Shown one piece after another: positions 8,839 through 19,500 of a stretch of 24,437 bases of DNA. The stretch covers positions 1 to 24,437 of IMG/VR virus record IMGVR_UViG_3300044708_000117. One strand, written 5' to 3'. A model generated the notes under the pieces. That model was given only the letters and a program-made list of their open reading frames with translations, was not told the origin of the DNA and made no database searches. The position numbers and the translations under genes were made by a program. Every line of letters starts with the position of its first letter. Position 1 is the stretch's first letter. Source of the stretch: a virus. Lineage: Duplodnaviria; Caudoviricetes.

Positions 8839-10881
8839 ATGGCAGACGACAGACGCCGGCTGATATACGAATTGCTCGTCGAAGCCAAGGGCATGAGCGA
8901 CGCGAAGAAGCAACTCATGGATGTGGGCAAGCTCGCCGAAGAGATGGGCAGCAAAATAAAAAAGGGCCTCATGGGGCTCGCGGTGACTTTCACCATCAAG
9001 GGCATCGCCGACGCGATCAGCGAGGCAAACGTGATGCAGGCGCAACTCGGCACGCTCGGGCTCAGTGCCGAGCAGGCCTCGAAGGGCTTGCGCATGATCG
9101 AAGATATCTCGATCGCGACGGGCGCCTCGATGGCCGACGCATCGGCGGTGATGCAGACATCAATACAGATCATTCAGCAGCTAGGCGGCACACTCAGCGA
9201 TGCCGCGCACGCGGCGGAATCATTCACGAAGATCGCACTCAGTGAGGGCAAGAGCGCCGGTGCTGCCGCCGAAGAGATGCAGATGCTCAACTTCGCCATG
9301 CAGAAGGGCGAGGTGAGCGCGAAAGAATTCGTCACCATGCTCAAGTCGAGCAACGTGCTGCAGGGCGCCTTCGAGAGCGCGCTCGGCAAGAGCACGCAGC
9401 AACTCATCGAGATGGCAAAGGCGGGCGAGATCGGGCGCACCGAGCTTGAAGCCGTATTCAATGAGATGGTGAAGATAGGCGATAACACCACGGCGCCCGC
9501 GACGATCGAGGGCCTAACTAATTCATTCACCACGATGGCGAAGAGCCTCGTGAATGCGACGCTCGCGACGGCGGGCCTCGGCACCCAAGCGACCAATGTC
9601 TATGGGCCGCTCAACGTACTGGCTAACATGCTGCGCACCGTCACCTCATTCGCCGGCTTGCTGGTCGGGATGTTCATTAACCTATCTACCGCCGTCGTGA
9701 AGGTCGGCGTCGCGATGGCCCGCGCGGTGACGCATCCGACCGAGGCGCTACAGACGTTGGAGGTGTTGAGCGGTCAACTGAAAGCCAGTTGGGATGAGGT
9801 ACAAGCCTCGATGAAAGCCGTGCGCGAGAATGCGAAGTCGATCGTCGATGGCGTCACCGAGACCAATGAGAAGCTACAGAATGAGCACGCGGCAGCGCTG
9901 CGCCGCGCCGATGAGATCGAGAAGTTAGAAGAGCGCCGGGCGAAGTCGCTCAAGGAACTCGCCGCCCTATCTAAAGATCTTCAAGATGCCATCGAGAAAG
10001 AGTCGCGAGCGCGCGAGAAGGCGGCACGCGAAGCCGAGAAGGCAGAGCGCGAGCGTCTAGATAGAGAGCAGCACGCGCGCGACGCGTTACATGCACAGTT
10101 TCTCGAAAATCAGAAAGAGCGCGTCGATGAGGCTAACCGCCTCGTCGAGTTGCGCCAAAAAGCCGCCGACGACGTGCAGGCGCAACTCGTCGCAGAGTTA
10201 GAGAATGGTTTCCCGCAATTGGAAAAGGCAATCGATGAGAGCATCGGCACGATAGTTAGACTGGGCGACGCGCTCAAGGATACCTTCGCCAGCTTATTCG
10301 AGGGCGGGATACGCAACGCGCGCGAATTCTTTCAGGTGCTCTTGCGCGGCTTCGCGCAAGTTTTCGCGCAGAAGGCGGCGCTGCAAATGGGCGACTGGAT
10401 CGACAAAGGTATCGACGCATTGCTCAAGAGTTGGCCGGGCTCGACGGGCAGCACGGGCGGATATAACAGCACGACCGGGGGCGACTGGTACGGCGCCAAG
10501 GGTGGCGCCATCAATCAAGGGCACCTCATGCCATTCGCGGCGGGCGGGATAGTTAGGCGCCCGACGATGTTTGCGATGGGCTATGGCGGCACGGGGGTGA
10601 TGGGCGAAGCCGGCCCCGAGGCGATCATGCCGCTCAAGCGCGGCAGCGATGGCAAGCTCGGCGTCGCGGCGACTGCGCCGATGGTGCAGATCATCAATAA
10701 CACCGGCGTCGCGGCGCGGGCGCACACCGAGCAGCATAGCGACCGGCTAACTATCATCCTCGAAGCCGCGCAGATGGGCGCGAACATGGCCGAAGAGCGG
10801 ATGAATAGAAGCTTGCGCTCGGGCTATGGCGCGACGGCGCAGTCGGTGCAACGCACTTACGGGCTCACGAGGCGGATGTGA
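8839..10881 (+). CDS. Tail tape measure protein (680 aa; about 100 nm tail at ~0.15 nm/residue)
   Basis: Long Ala/Glu/Lys-rich helical protein with C-terminal FAAGGIV..PTMF...GVMGEAGPEAIMPLKRGSDGKLGV motif. Confidence 0.93.
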   Translation: MADDRRRLIYELLVEAKGMSDAKKQLMDVGKLAEEMGSKIKKGLMGLAVTFTIKGIADAISEANVMQAQLGTLGLSAEQASKGLRMIEDISIATGASMADASAVMQTSIQIIQQLGGTLSDAAHAAESFTKIALSEGKSAGAAAEEMQMLNFAMQKGEVSAKEFVTMLKSSNVLQGAFESALGKSTQQLIEMAKAGEIGRTELEAVFNEMVKIGDNTTAPATIEGLTNSFTTMAKSLVNATLATAGLGTQATNVYGPLNVLANMLRTVTSFAGLLVGMFINLSTAVVKVGVAMARAVTHPTEALQTLEVLSGQLKASWDEVQASMKAVRENAKSIVDGVTETNEKLQNEHAAALRRADEIEKLEERRAKSLKELAALSKDLQDAIEKESRAREKAAREAEKAERERLDREQHARDALHAQFLENQKERVDEANRLVELRQKAADDVQAQLVAELENGFPQLEKAIDESIGTIVRLGDALKDTFASLFEGGIRNAREFFQVLLRGFAQVFAQKAALQMGDWIDKGIDALLKSWPGSTGSTGGYNSTTGGDWYGAKGGAINQGHLMPFAAGGIVRRPTMFAMGYGGTGVMGEAGPEAIMPLKRGSDGKLGVAATAPMVQIINNTGVAARAHTEQHSDRLTIILEAAQMGANMAEERMNRSLRSGYGATAQSVQRTYGLTRRM

Positions 10882-11282
10882 TGGGCGCCCTCCCCGCATG
10901 GAATGAAGCCGCCTTCGGCTGCCTCATCCGCGACGCGGCGCAGTTTCGCTCGCTCATGCGCACCGCGATCACAGCGGGGGTGCCGATGCCCTTCGTCTCG
11001 CGCAAGGGTGACACCTCGGCATCGGTCGAGCTTGCCTTCGGCATCGAGTTGGATGAGGCGGGCTTCGAGTCTTGGGTGCAGTGGTACACCACGGATCTTG
11101 CCGAGGGCTCGCTGCCCTTTACGCTGCCGCTGCCATGGGGCACCGCGCAGATCGTCGCGCGTGCGTGCCTCGTCGGCAGTTGGAGCGCGACGCACATCGC
11201 GGCGGGGCACTGGGCGGTGAGCGGCACGGTGCAGATCGAGCGCGCCTCGCTGCCGCGCTTCTCGGGGGGCGCCGATGCCTGA
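10881..11282 (+). CDS. Distal-tail (Dit/gpM-like) protein 1
   Basis: TGATG overlap with the tape measure stop (GTG 10878 is an alternative). FESWVQWYTTDLAEGSLPFTLPLP. Confidence 0.6.
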   Translation: MGALPAWNEAAFGCLIRDAAQFRSLMRTAITAGVPMPFVSRKGDTSASVELAFGIELDEAGFESWVQWYTTDLAEGSLPFTLPLPWGTAQIVARACLVGSWSATHIAAGHWAVSGTVQIERASLPRFSGGADA

Positions 11283-11805
11283 ACCATCTCCCGAGCCGCG
11301 AGCGGGCGCGCCCGTGGCGATATGGCCGGCGACGCTGCCCGGGCCACAAGCCGGCGTCGTGCTGCTCTCGCCCGCGCGTGCCGAGCCCGCCGAGGTGCTC
11401 TTCGGCCCGATCCGCTACGCGGTGAAGGCGCGCACGGCGCCGATGTCGTGGACGTTTACGGTGTGGCTCACCGCCGATCAATTCGAGACCTTCGAGGGCT
11501 TCTATCGTGGCACGGTCGAAAACAATGGCGGGGAGTTCTACGCGCCGTGGATCGGTGGCGCCCGTATCGTCGCGTTCAGCGAGCCTTACACCTTTGTGCC
11601 GCTCGGCGTCGGCGTCGCCCTTAGCGGCACCCTCGTGCGCACCCGGATCGATCACACCATCTGCGATGCCATCATCGAAGCCATCTTCGGCGCTATCTAC
11701 CGCGCCGATCTCACCGCCCCGGATCTCTATCAAGCCGATCTCGCGGCGACCGACATCTACTCGAATGACTTCGACCTAACACTCATCGCCGACAACGAGT
11801 GCTGA
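11275..11805 (+). CDS. Distal-tail (Dit/gpM-like) protein 2
   Basis: WPATLPGP...QFETFEGFYRGTVENNGGEFYAPW. Overlaps the previous gene. Confidence 0.6.
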   Translation: MPEPSPEPRAGAPVAIWPATLPGPQAGVVLLSPARAEPAEVLFGPIRYAVKARTAPMSWTFTVWLTADQFETFEGFYRGTVENNGGEFYAPWIGGARIVAFSEPYTFVPLGVGVALSGTLVRTRIDHTICDAIIEAIFGAIYRADLTAPDLYQADLAATDIYSNDFDLTLIADNEC

Positions 11806-11809
11806 CGCG

Positions 11810-12337
11810 ATGCCCGCCACCTTCGATAAAGACTTCGCGCTATGGCTCACGCAACACGGCAACGAGCGCGCCGTCGCGGTGAACGTGCTCGAATTTCAGC
11901 ACGCGAAGTGGGGGCCCGGGGCTGGCGTGCCCGGCTCGCTATGGGTGAGCGACTACGGTGAGCCCTTCGATGCGAGCACCGAGACCGGGCTCGCCTTCAC
12001 CGCCGTGCCGCTCGGGCTAACGATCGACGTTGCCGCCGACAACGTCACGACCGAGCAGCGCATCATGATTCGTCTCGACAATGTCAACGGCGCCGTCGCG
12101 CGTGAGTTGCGCTCGCTCGACGATGATGACATACAAAAATCCGTGCTCGTCGTCTATCGCGCCTATCTAGATACCGATCGCACCGGCCCGGCGATCGATC
12201 CGCTCACGCTCGTCGCCACGACGGTGCGCATGAATCGCCCGCTCGTCGAAGTCGAGGCGAGCGCCGACGCGCTGCCGACGGTGCAGGCGGGCACGCGTTA
12301 CACGCTCGAAGCCTTTCCGGCGCTGGCTTTCATATGA
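11810..12337 (+). CDS. Minor tail tip protein (DUF1833/gpL-position)
   Basis: LEFQH, FTAVPLGLTI, IRLDNV, VVYRAYLDTD..P, RYTLEAFPAL. Position between Dit and NlpC/P60. Confidence 0.7.
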   Translation: MPATFDKDFALWLTQHGNERAVAVNVLEFQHAKWGPGAGVPGSLWVSDYGEPFDASTETGLAFTAVPLGLTIDVAADNVTTEQRIMIRLDNVNGAVARELRSLDDDDIQKSVLVVYRAYLDTDRTGPAIDPLTLVATTVRMNRPLVEVEASADALPTVQAGTRYTLEAFPALAFI

Positions 12338-12759
12338 TCGAGCACCATCCCGCACTCAAGTTAGTCGGCGTGCCCTATCGACGCGGGGCGGGCACCCCGC
12401 GCGAGGGCTTCGATTGTTTCACCCTCATGCGCTACGTGCGCCGGCATTGCTTCGAGCGCGACACCCCAGCCGGCGCACTGCCCGCCGAAGAGGTGCCGAG
12501 TGCACGGGCTGCGGCGCTCGCCATCTACCGCACGCTCGGCGGGAAAGAGCGCGTCGGCTCACCTTGGTATGAGTGCGCGCCCGAGCCCGGCTGCGCCGTG
12601 GCGCTCGGTCAATTCAAGGTCTCGCGCTTGCATCATTGCGGGGTGCTGATCGGCGACGGGGTGCTGCACGCGCTTGAGTCGTGCGGGGTGGTGTGGACAC
12701 CGCTCGATCGCACGCGCGAGCTTTATGCCCGCGTGGAGTTTTTTGAATGCCGAAGCTAA
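12334..12759 (+). CDS. NlpC/P60-family tail tip assembly protein (gpK-like)
   Basis: VGVPY..G.....GFDC (catalytic Cys) and HCGVLIGDGVLHA (His residues). Confidence 0.88.
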   Translation: MIEHHPALKLVGVPYRRGAGTPREGFDCFTLMRYVRRHCFERDTPAGALPAEEVPSARAAALAIYRTLGGKERVGSPWYECAPEPGCAVALGQFKVSRLHHCGVLIGDGVLHALESCGVVWTPLDRTRELYARVEFFECRS

Positions 12760-15700
12760 TCGTCGTCGCCGATCCCTTGAGCGGTGAGCGCCGCACGCAC
12801 GACGTGCGCGCGGGCGAGACGCTCGGCGCCGCGCTCGTGCGCTTGTGGCCCCGGGGCATCGACGGGGGCTGGCGCATCTATCGCGACTCGGTGCACCCCG
12901 ACAATGAACTCGCCGCCATGGAGTTGCCCTATCACGTCGCCATGGCCGGCGAGACGTACCTGATAGTTAGAGAGATGGCCGGGCCGGCGATCCCTTTCAT
13001 CGCTAACGTCGTGATGGCTTTCTTGCTGTCGAAGTTTGCCGAGGCGCTCACGCCGGTCAAGCATGTGCACGTCTGGGGCCCCGGCATCAGCGATATCGTC
13101 TCGCCTAACAATCAGATAGCCGGGCAGTCTAACCAACTGCGCCCCGGTGCGCGCGTGCCCGACATCCTCGGGCGCGTGCGCGCATACCCGGATCTTCTTA
13201 TCAGGCCGGTCGATACCTACTTCGAGGCGCAGCAAACTATTCAGCAAGTTTTTGTGTTAGGCATCGGCGCCTACGATGTCGATGATGCAAAGCTAGGCGA
13301 GACACCGCTCGCGAATATGCAGCACGACGCGCAGCGCCCACCGCTGCGCGTGATCCCGCCCGGCATCTCGGCGCCCGCGATGTATGTGCTACGCGCCTCG
13401 CCCGAGGTGCAAGGGATCAGCCTCATCTCTGACATCACCGCCGAGACGACACCCTCGCCCGGGAGTAGCTTCATCGCCTCGACGAAAACGATCAGCACGC
13501 TCTCAAGGCTGCTCACCGATGTTGAGCGCCCGATCGTGGTATCCGATTCGCTCTTCAATAACGGGGTGTTCTGGATCAAGACCGTGCCGCTCGACTCGCA
13601 GACGGTCGGCCCCTATCTATACACGGTCGACGGGCCCGTCGTAAATGAGAGCGACACCAACGCATCCTTCGCCTATCCACCCGAGATCTACACGGGCACC
13701 AAAATATGCAACTACGGCAAAGCGAATCCTTACGACATCTTTCCGCCTAACGACACTGCCGTCGAGATCATGCAAGCGACTGCGCAGCTTTTCGAGGTGG
13801 GTGATCTCTGCAGCTTTCACCTACAGACCGGCGCGATCTATCATGGCCGGGCCACCTCGGCTATCTACCCGATCCCGATCAATAACGCTTTCGTCGCCAA
13901 ACACCTCGACGCCTACGGCTTGCCGCAGCACTTCCCGACGCTCTCGAATATCTCGACGCTCATCCGCGCGTATCGCACGAGCGGCCTACCTACCCGCAGC
14001 GCGCCGCGTGATGCCGAGTTGCTCACGAATGCGCCGACCCCGTGGTATGCGAGCCCGATGCCCGAGGCGGATGAGTTGTGGATCGATGTCGCTTTCCCGC
14101 AGGGCCTCGCACAGTATGAGCACGGGGCGCGCAGTCTCTTGACGGTCGACGTGCTCGTCGAATTCAAGCGCGATCCGGCCACCGCTGCGCAGGTGAGCAA
14201 GCCCCTTAAATTCGTGTACGGCACCGCCACTCCGTTGCGCTTCACGCGCACCTTCAACGTCGAGGCGCTGATCGCCGACGGCCTAGCACCCGGGCCCGGG
14301 GTGATCGAGGTGCGGCTCACGCGCGTCACAAAGTTTCAAGCCGACGAAGAGGCTCATCAAATCATCGGCGACACACGGTGGCAGCGCTTCGCGGCGGCAA
14401 AGTTTTTCGATGCCTCGAAGTATGCGAATGCGACGGTACTGTTTCTCGATCTCTCCAACTCGCGCAGCGCTACGGCGCTCGGCGAGACATCGCTTAACGT
14501 GATCGCGACGCGGCGCCTACCTACATGGAGTGCGGGGGTGTGGAGCGCGCCGGCTGGCTCGCGGCGCTGGGCCGACAACTTCGTCGCGCGCTGCTTGGCA
14601 GTCGACGGGGCGCACCGCGCCGAGGCAGAGCTTGACATCGCGGGTATCTACAAATTGCAGGGCGAACTCGACGCGCTCGAAGGCGGCACCGGCAAGCTCG
14701 GGCAGATCAGCATGACACTCGACACCATGCAAGATATCGACACGGAACTCGCACAGATCGCCGATGTCGTGCGCGCCGTGGTGTACCGCGTCGGGCGAAA
14801 GTTGTTTGTTAGCCGGGATCAAGCGAACTCTACCGCCATTGCCCTATTCAATGCGCGCACCAAGGCGCCAGCCGGCGAGAGCGTGGCGGTGCGCATGACT
14901 GCCGACGCCGATAACGATTGCGTCGTGATCCAGTGGATAGATGAAAATCACGGATGGAAGCGCCGCGAGTACCAGTATCCCGAGGATGTGCTGCCGGTCA
15001 ATCCGCTGCGCTTGAGCCTCATTGCATCCAACTGGGAGCAAGCCTATCGCCGCGCGCTCTTCGAGTGGAATCGATTGAAGTATCGCCGGGAGCAGATGTC
15101 TTGCGACGTGACCGAAGATGGCCGGATGTGTCGGCCCGGTGATGTCATCAATATGACCGACGACGTAGCTAACCTAGCTACCTTCGCGGGCGAGGTGCTC
15201 GTCGTGGCGGGCGCGATCCTTACCCTCGATCGCGATGTCGAGTTTATCGCCGGCACACATACGCTCTTGCTGCGCGACGTGCAGGGCATCGAGATTGATC
15301 GGGTGCCCGTGCTGCCGGGCGCGGCGCCTAATAAGGTGGTGCTGCAGCGCCCGCCGATGGTCGAGATACGCGGGCGCGATACTGCGCGCGGCACGTTGTG
15401 GGCTTTCTATCCCGACGCTACCGCCAACGTGAAGCCGTGGCTGATCACCGGGCTCTCGATGAGTGGCCCGTATGTCACGCTCACCGGCTTCAACTATTCG
15501 CCGAAGGTGTACCTCGGCGACTCGGGCGCGATGCCCACCCCGCCCACCGAGGTGCCCGAGGCGATGAGCCCGATCACCCTCGATGATCTCACGGTGACAT
15601 CGCGCAACACCGGCACCCCCGGCGTCGCGCAGTACTCGCTCACGAGCGAGGGCGATGTGCTCGCGACGGCGGGCGGCATGGCGTTGATCGACGCGGGCGA

Positions 15701-16313
15701 CTGGATAACGACGAAGTCTAATTTCAGCCTGTACTCGGCGCGGGCCACGCTCGTGAGTGGCGCCGCGTCGAGCGGCACCTTCGGCGCGTGGCTGAATCTA
15801 GCTACCACTCGCACATGGACACTCAACGGTGTCGCCGGTGGCGTCGACGGGGTGTGGCTGATCGAGATCCGGCTTAACTCTGACGGCACCGTAGAAGATA
15901 GCGCGACCATCACCGTGCACGCGGAACTCGACACCACGCCGAGCCCGGTGATCTTGAGCGATGCGACCGTGAGCGCTTTCCACACCGGGAGCGCGGGCAT
16001 CGCGCAGTACTCGCTCACGAGCGCGGGCGACGTGCGCTATAACAACGGCACTAACACGATCGTCGATCATGGCGACTGGCTCGCGCCCAAGTCGGGGATG
16101 TCGCTGTACTCGGCACGCGCGACGATCTTGGCGGGCACCTCGACGACGGGCACCTTCGGCGCGTGGCTGAATCTAGCTACCACTCGCACATGGACCTTGA
16201 GCGGCGGTGGCGGTGGCGTCGACGCTGCATGGCTCATCGAGATCCGACTCGACTCGACCGGCGTCGTGCAGGACAGTGCGACGCTCACGGTGCATGCCGA
16301 GCGCGACGCCTAA
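12747..16313 (+). CDS. Central tail tip/host-specificity protein (gpJ-like) with C-terminal tandem domain duplication
   Basis: NQLRPGARVPDILGRVRAYPDL, IDVAFPQGL, LNVIATRRL, ALFNART, CRPGDVI. Follows NlpC/P60. Confidence 0.88.
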   Translation: MPKLIVVADPLSGERRTHDVRAGETLGAALVRLWPRGIDGGWRIYRDSVHPDNELAAMELPYHVAMAGETYLIVREMAGPAIPFIANVVMAFLLSKFAEALTPVKHVHVWGPGISDIVSPNNQIAGQSNQLRPGARVPDILGRVRAYPDLLIRPVDTYFEAQQTIQQVFVLGIGAYDVDDAKLGETPLANMQHDAQRPPLRVIPPGISAPAMYVLRASPEVQGISLISDITAETTPSPGSSFIASTKTISTLSRLLTDVERPIVVSDSLFNNGVFWIKTVPLDSQTVGPYLYTVDGPVVNESDTNASFAYPPEIYTGTKICNYGKANPYDIFPPNDTAVEIMQATAQLFEVGDLCSFHLQTGAIYHGRATSAIYPIPINNAFVAKHLDAYGLPQHFPTLSNISTLIRAYRTSGLPTRSAPRDAELLTNAPTPWYASPMPEADELWIDVAFPQGLAQYEHGARSLLTVDVLVEFKRDPATAAQVSKPLKFVYGTATPLRFTRTFNVEALIADGLAPGPGVIEVRLTRVTKFQADEEAHQIIGDTRWQRFAAAKFFDASKYANATVLFLDLSNSRSATALGETSLNVIATRRLPTWSAGVWSAPAGSRRWADNFVARCLAVDGAHRAEAELDIAGIYKLQGELDALEGGTGKLGQISMTLDTMQDIDTELAQIADVVRAVVYRVGRKLFVSRDQANSTAIALFNARTKAPAGESVAVRMTADADNDCVVIQWIDENHGWKRREYQYPEDVLPVNPLRLSLIASNWEQAYRRALFEWNRLKYRREQMSCDVTEDGRMCRPGDVINMTDDVANLATFAGEVLVVAGAILTLDRDVEFIAGTHTLLLRDVQGIEIDRVPVLPGAAPNKVVLQRPPMVEIRGRDTARGTLWAFYPDATANVKPWLITGLSMSGPYVTLTGFNYSPKVYLGDSGAMPTPPTEVPEAMSPITLDDLTVTSRNTGTPGVAQYSLTSEGDVLATAGGMALIDAGDWITTKSNFSLYSARATLVSGAASSGTFGAWLNLATTRTWTLNGVAGGVDGVWLIEIRLNSDGTVEDSATITVHAELDTTPSPVILSDATVSAFHTGSAGIAQYSLTSAGDVRYNNGTNTIVDHGDWLAPKSGMSLYSARATILAGTSTTGTFGAWLNLATTRTWTLSGGGGGVDAAWLIEIRLDSTGVVQDSATLTVHAERDA
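15567..16300 (+). repeat. Tandem 375-nt (125-aa) domain duplication at the gpJ-like C-terminus
   Basis: AQYSLTS.GDV...GDW...SLYSARAT...GTFGAWLNLATTRTWTL...WLIEIRL...DSAT.TVHAE occurs twice. 47 bp are identical at 15774-15820 and 16149-16195. Confidence 0.95.
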
Positions 16314-16330
16314 CAATCATGGAGAAATTA

Positions 16331-16531
16331 ATGGACGATGACAAAGTACAACGCGCACCGGGCGCCTCGACGTGCTGCGATGCTGCCGGGCGGATGTGTG
16401 CGCTCGCGATCAAGCCCGTGCCGCGTGAGGCGCTGATCAGAGCAGCCGTCGCGCGTGGCGATGGCACCGAAGAGCAGATGCGTGCGCGCGTCGATGACTT
16501 GCTCGCCTCGGGCTTGCTCATCGAAAGTTAG
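16331..16531 (+). CDS. Small hypothetical protein (66 aa)
   Basis: GGAG at 16321-16324 before ATG 16331. Fills the gap between the tip and fibre genes. Confidence 0.7.
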   Translation: MDDDKVQRAPGASTCCDAAGRMCALAIKPVPREALIRAAVARGDGTEEQMRARVDDLLASGLLIES

Positions 16532-16543
16532 GAGGGCTCGACA

Positions 16544-19500
16544 ATGGCAATCTATCTAGGCCGCTATGTAATTCTCACCGATCCGGCGAGCGTGTGGAGC
16601 GCGACGAATCCGCTGCTCTTAGATGGCGAGCTAGGTGTCGCCGACGTAGGCGGTGCCGCGCCCGTGCTCAAGGTCGGCGACGGGGTGCGCCATTGGTCGG
16701 CGCTGCCGGCGATCGTCGGCGGTGGCGGTGGCAGTGGCAGCGGTGCTAACTATGTGCCGGGCACGACGACGACACTGCCGCCCGGTAGCTTCGCGACGGT
16801 GGTGATCGATAACACCGTCGACCCGCCGACGATTAGCTTCGGCATCCCGCGCGGTGATCCCGGCCCGGCGAACTCGCTCGGCATCGGCACCGTGACGACG
16901 GGCGCGCCGGGCTCGCCGGCTGGCGCGAGCATCACGGGCACGGCGCCGAGTCAGACGCTTAACCTCACCATCCCCACCGGCGCCACGGGCGCCACGGGCG
17001 CCACGGGCCCCGATGGTATGACCGGCGCGACCGGCGCCACCGGCCCCGCTAACGTGCTCGACATCGGCACCGTTACCACGGGCGCGCCGGGCTCGCCCGC
17101 TGCCGCCACCATCACGGGCACGTCGCCGACTCAGACGCTTAACCTCACCATCCCCACCGGCGCGCAAGGGCCCGTCGGTCCCACCGGGCCGACGGGCCCG
17201 AGCGGCCCGGCTGGCTCGACAACGCTCGCCGATCCCGGCTCGCCCATCGGCCTAACTATGGTGCCCGGCGTGAGCGCCTTCGGCATGCGAGCCGACGGCG
17301 CGCCCGCGCTCTCGCAAGCCATCGCGCCGACGTGGACCGGGCGGCATATCTTCTCGTTGAATGGTGGCGGCACTGCCGCTGCGATCCGGCTGGTATCGAC
17401 ACAACCATCGATCAATTGGTTCGATCAGTCGGTCGGCACCGATGCGCATTCGTGGGATATCTCCGCGAATAGCGGCACACTTTCGCATCGCATTATCGAT
17501 GACGCTAACAGTGCGGTGCGTGCCTATCTAAAGGTTACGCGCAGCGCTTTTTCAATTGCTGCCCTCGACTTCGGCAACACTACCGACAATCCGGCGTACA
17601 ACTTTCTCGGCACGGGCGCCGCGACCTTTAACGGGATCGTCGATCTACTCGGGCCGCTGAAAGCATCGAGCGTCGAGGGCATCTCGGGGCAGGTGCTATC
17701 CAGTCAAGGCGCCGGGCTGCCGGCGATATGGCGCACGTCGAGCGGTGGCTCGATCGAACTCGGTTACAACTTCTCGACATCGGTCGGCACGGCTAACCCG
17801 GGCTCTCAGAAGATGTCGCTGAATAGCGCGGTGTATTCATCCGTCACGGTGGCAGTGTTCAACTCCACCGCCTTCACCAACTTCGATGCGAACACCATCC
17901 TCTCACTACTCGCAGTCGGCAATCGCTTCTATATTCAGCAGCGCAACGACGCGAGCAAGGCGGTGGTGTACGAAGTCACCGCGCCGGGCACTAACAATAC
18001 TGGATACTGGACAATTCCAGTTAAGTACATCGATTCGCGCGGGACTATCTTCCCGGCGAATGCCGATCTCAATTGCGTTTTCATTCTCTCGGTGTCGGCG
18101 TCGTCGCTCGCGAACCCTACCGCGCTCGTCGGGCTCACCGCCGTCAACGGCTCGGCGACGACGGGCATGCGATCCGATGGTGCGCCCGCACTCTCGCAAG
18201 CCATCGCGCCGACGTGGACCGGGCTGCATACCTTCTCGCCGACGCTCGGCTATATCTATGTTAGCGCCTCGAATGCGTCGCTGCGATTGAATTCCACGGG
18301 GGCGCCGGCTAATAAAAAGAAATGGGATTTCGTGGTGCTCGATGCCGACGGCTCGCTGCAGTTTCGCCACCTCGATGACACACCGACCGACAGCAAGGTG
18401 TGGCTCGCAGTCACCGCGAGCGGCAGCGGCGCCGAGGTAGATAGTATTGTTTTCGGCAATATCACCAACAATCCTTTCTACACCTTCAAGGGCTCGGGCC
18501 TCGTGACGTGGGAAGCCAACGCCATCCAACACAAAAAGCCCGGCGCGACGCATTACATCGAGACCGTCGCCGGCACCTCGGTGAATCCCGGCTATATCCA
18601 ATGGTTCAACGGCGGCACGCGCCTCGGCTATATCGGCTATTACAACGGCTCGACGCGTCTAACTATCAATGGCGACGCATGGGGCTGGGATTTTCTCGGC
18701 ATCCCGCCGACCATCGCCGGGGCGCCGATTGTCACGCTCTCGGGCGGACAGTTGTTGTTAGGGTATGGCACCGTTGCGGCGCCGACCTACTCTTTCGCGG
18801 GCCAGCCCGGCGCGGGTATGTCATCGGCGGGCGATGGCTCGCTGCGCTTCTCAACGTCGGGAGCGATCAATCTATTTCTAGACACGAGCGGGAGTCGCAT
18901 CGTCGTCTACAATAGTTTGCAGAGTGTCTACGACGGCACGGCTGCCGCGCCTAGCTACACGTGGACAGCGCAAACTAACAAAGGAATGTACAACGCGGGC
19001 ACGGATGCGATCGGCTTTTCTGCCGGTGGCATACAGGTGGCGCAATTTTCCACCGCCCTAATTAGCTTTCCTTACAATGCCGTGCGGGCGCCGCAGGGGG
19101 TGCAGAGCGCGAGCGGCTTCACTAACAACGCGGGCACGCATGGGATCGTGCCCAACTCGGGCGCGCTCACCTACGGCAGCGTTTACGCCATCGGCACGAA
19201 TGCGGCATACGCCGGCTATGCCATCAACGATGGCACTCAGTTTCCGACGTTTCTATCTAATGGCTCGTCGATGGGTATCTTCCTGCAGGGCACAGAGTCA
19301 TCGTGGCTGCTCGCCCGCGTGGGTGCACTCGCGGCAAAAACCGATTACAACTTCGCGATGCCCTCGTGCGTGGTAGGTAGTCCGACGAGCGGCAACATGG
19401 GCGCCGGCACGATCAACGCGCAGGGGCTCTACGTCAACGGGGTGGCGGTGAGTTCGGGCAGCGGCGCCGTCGGCGCGAATCCGAGCAGCGGAGTCGGCCT

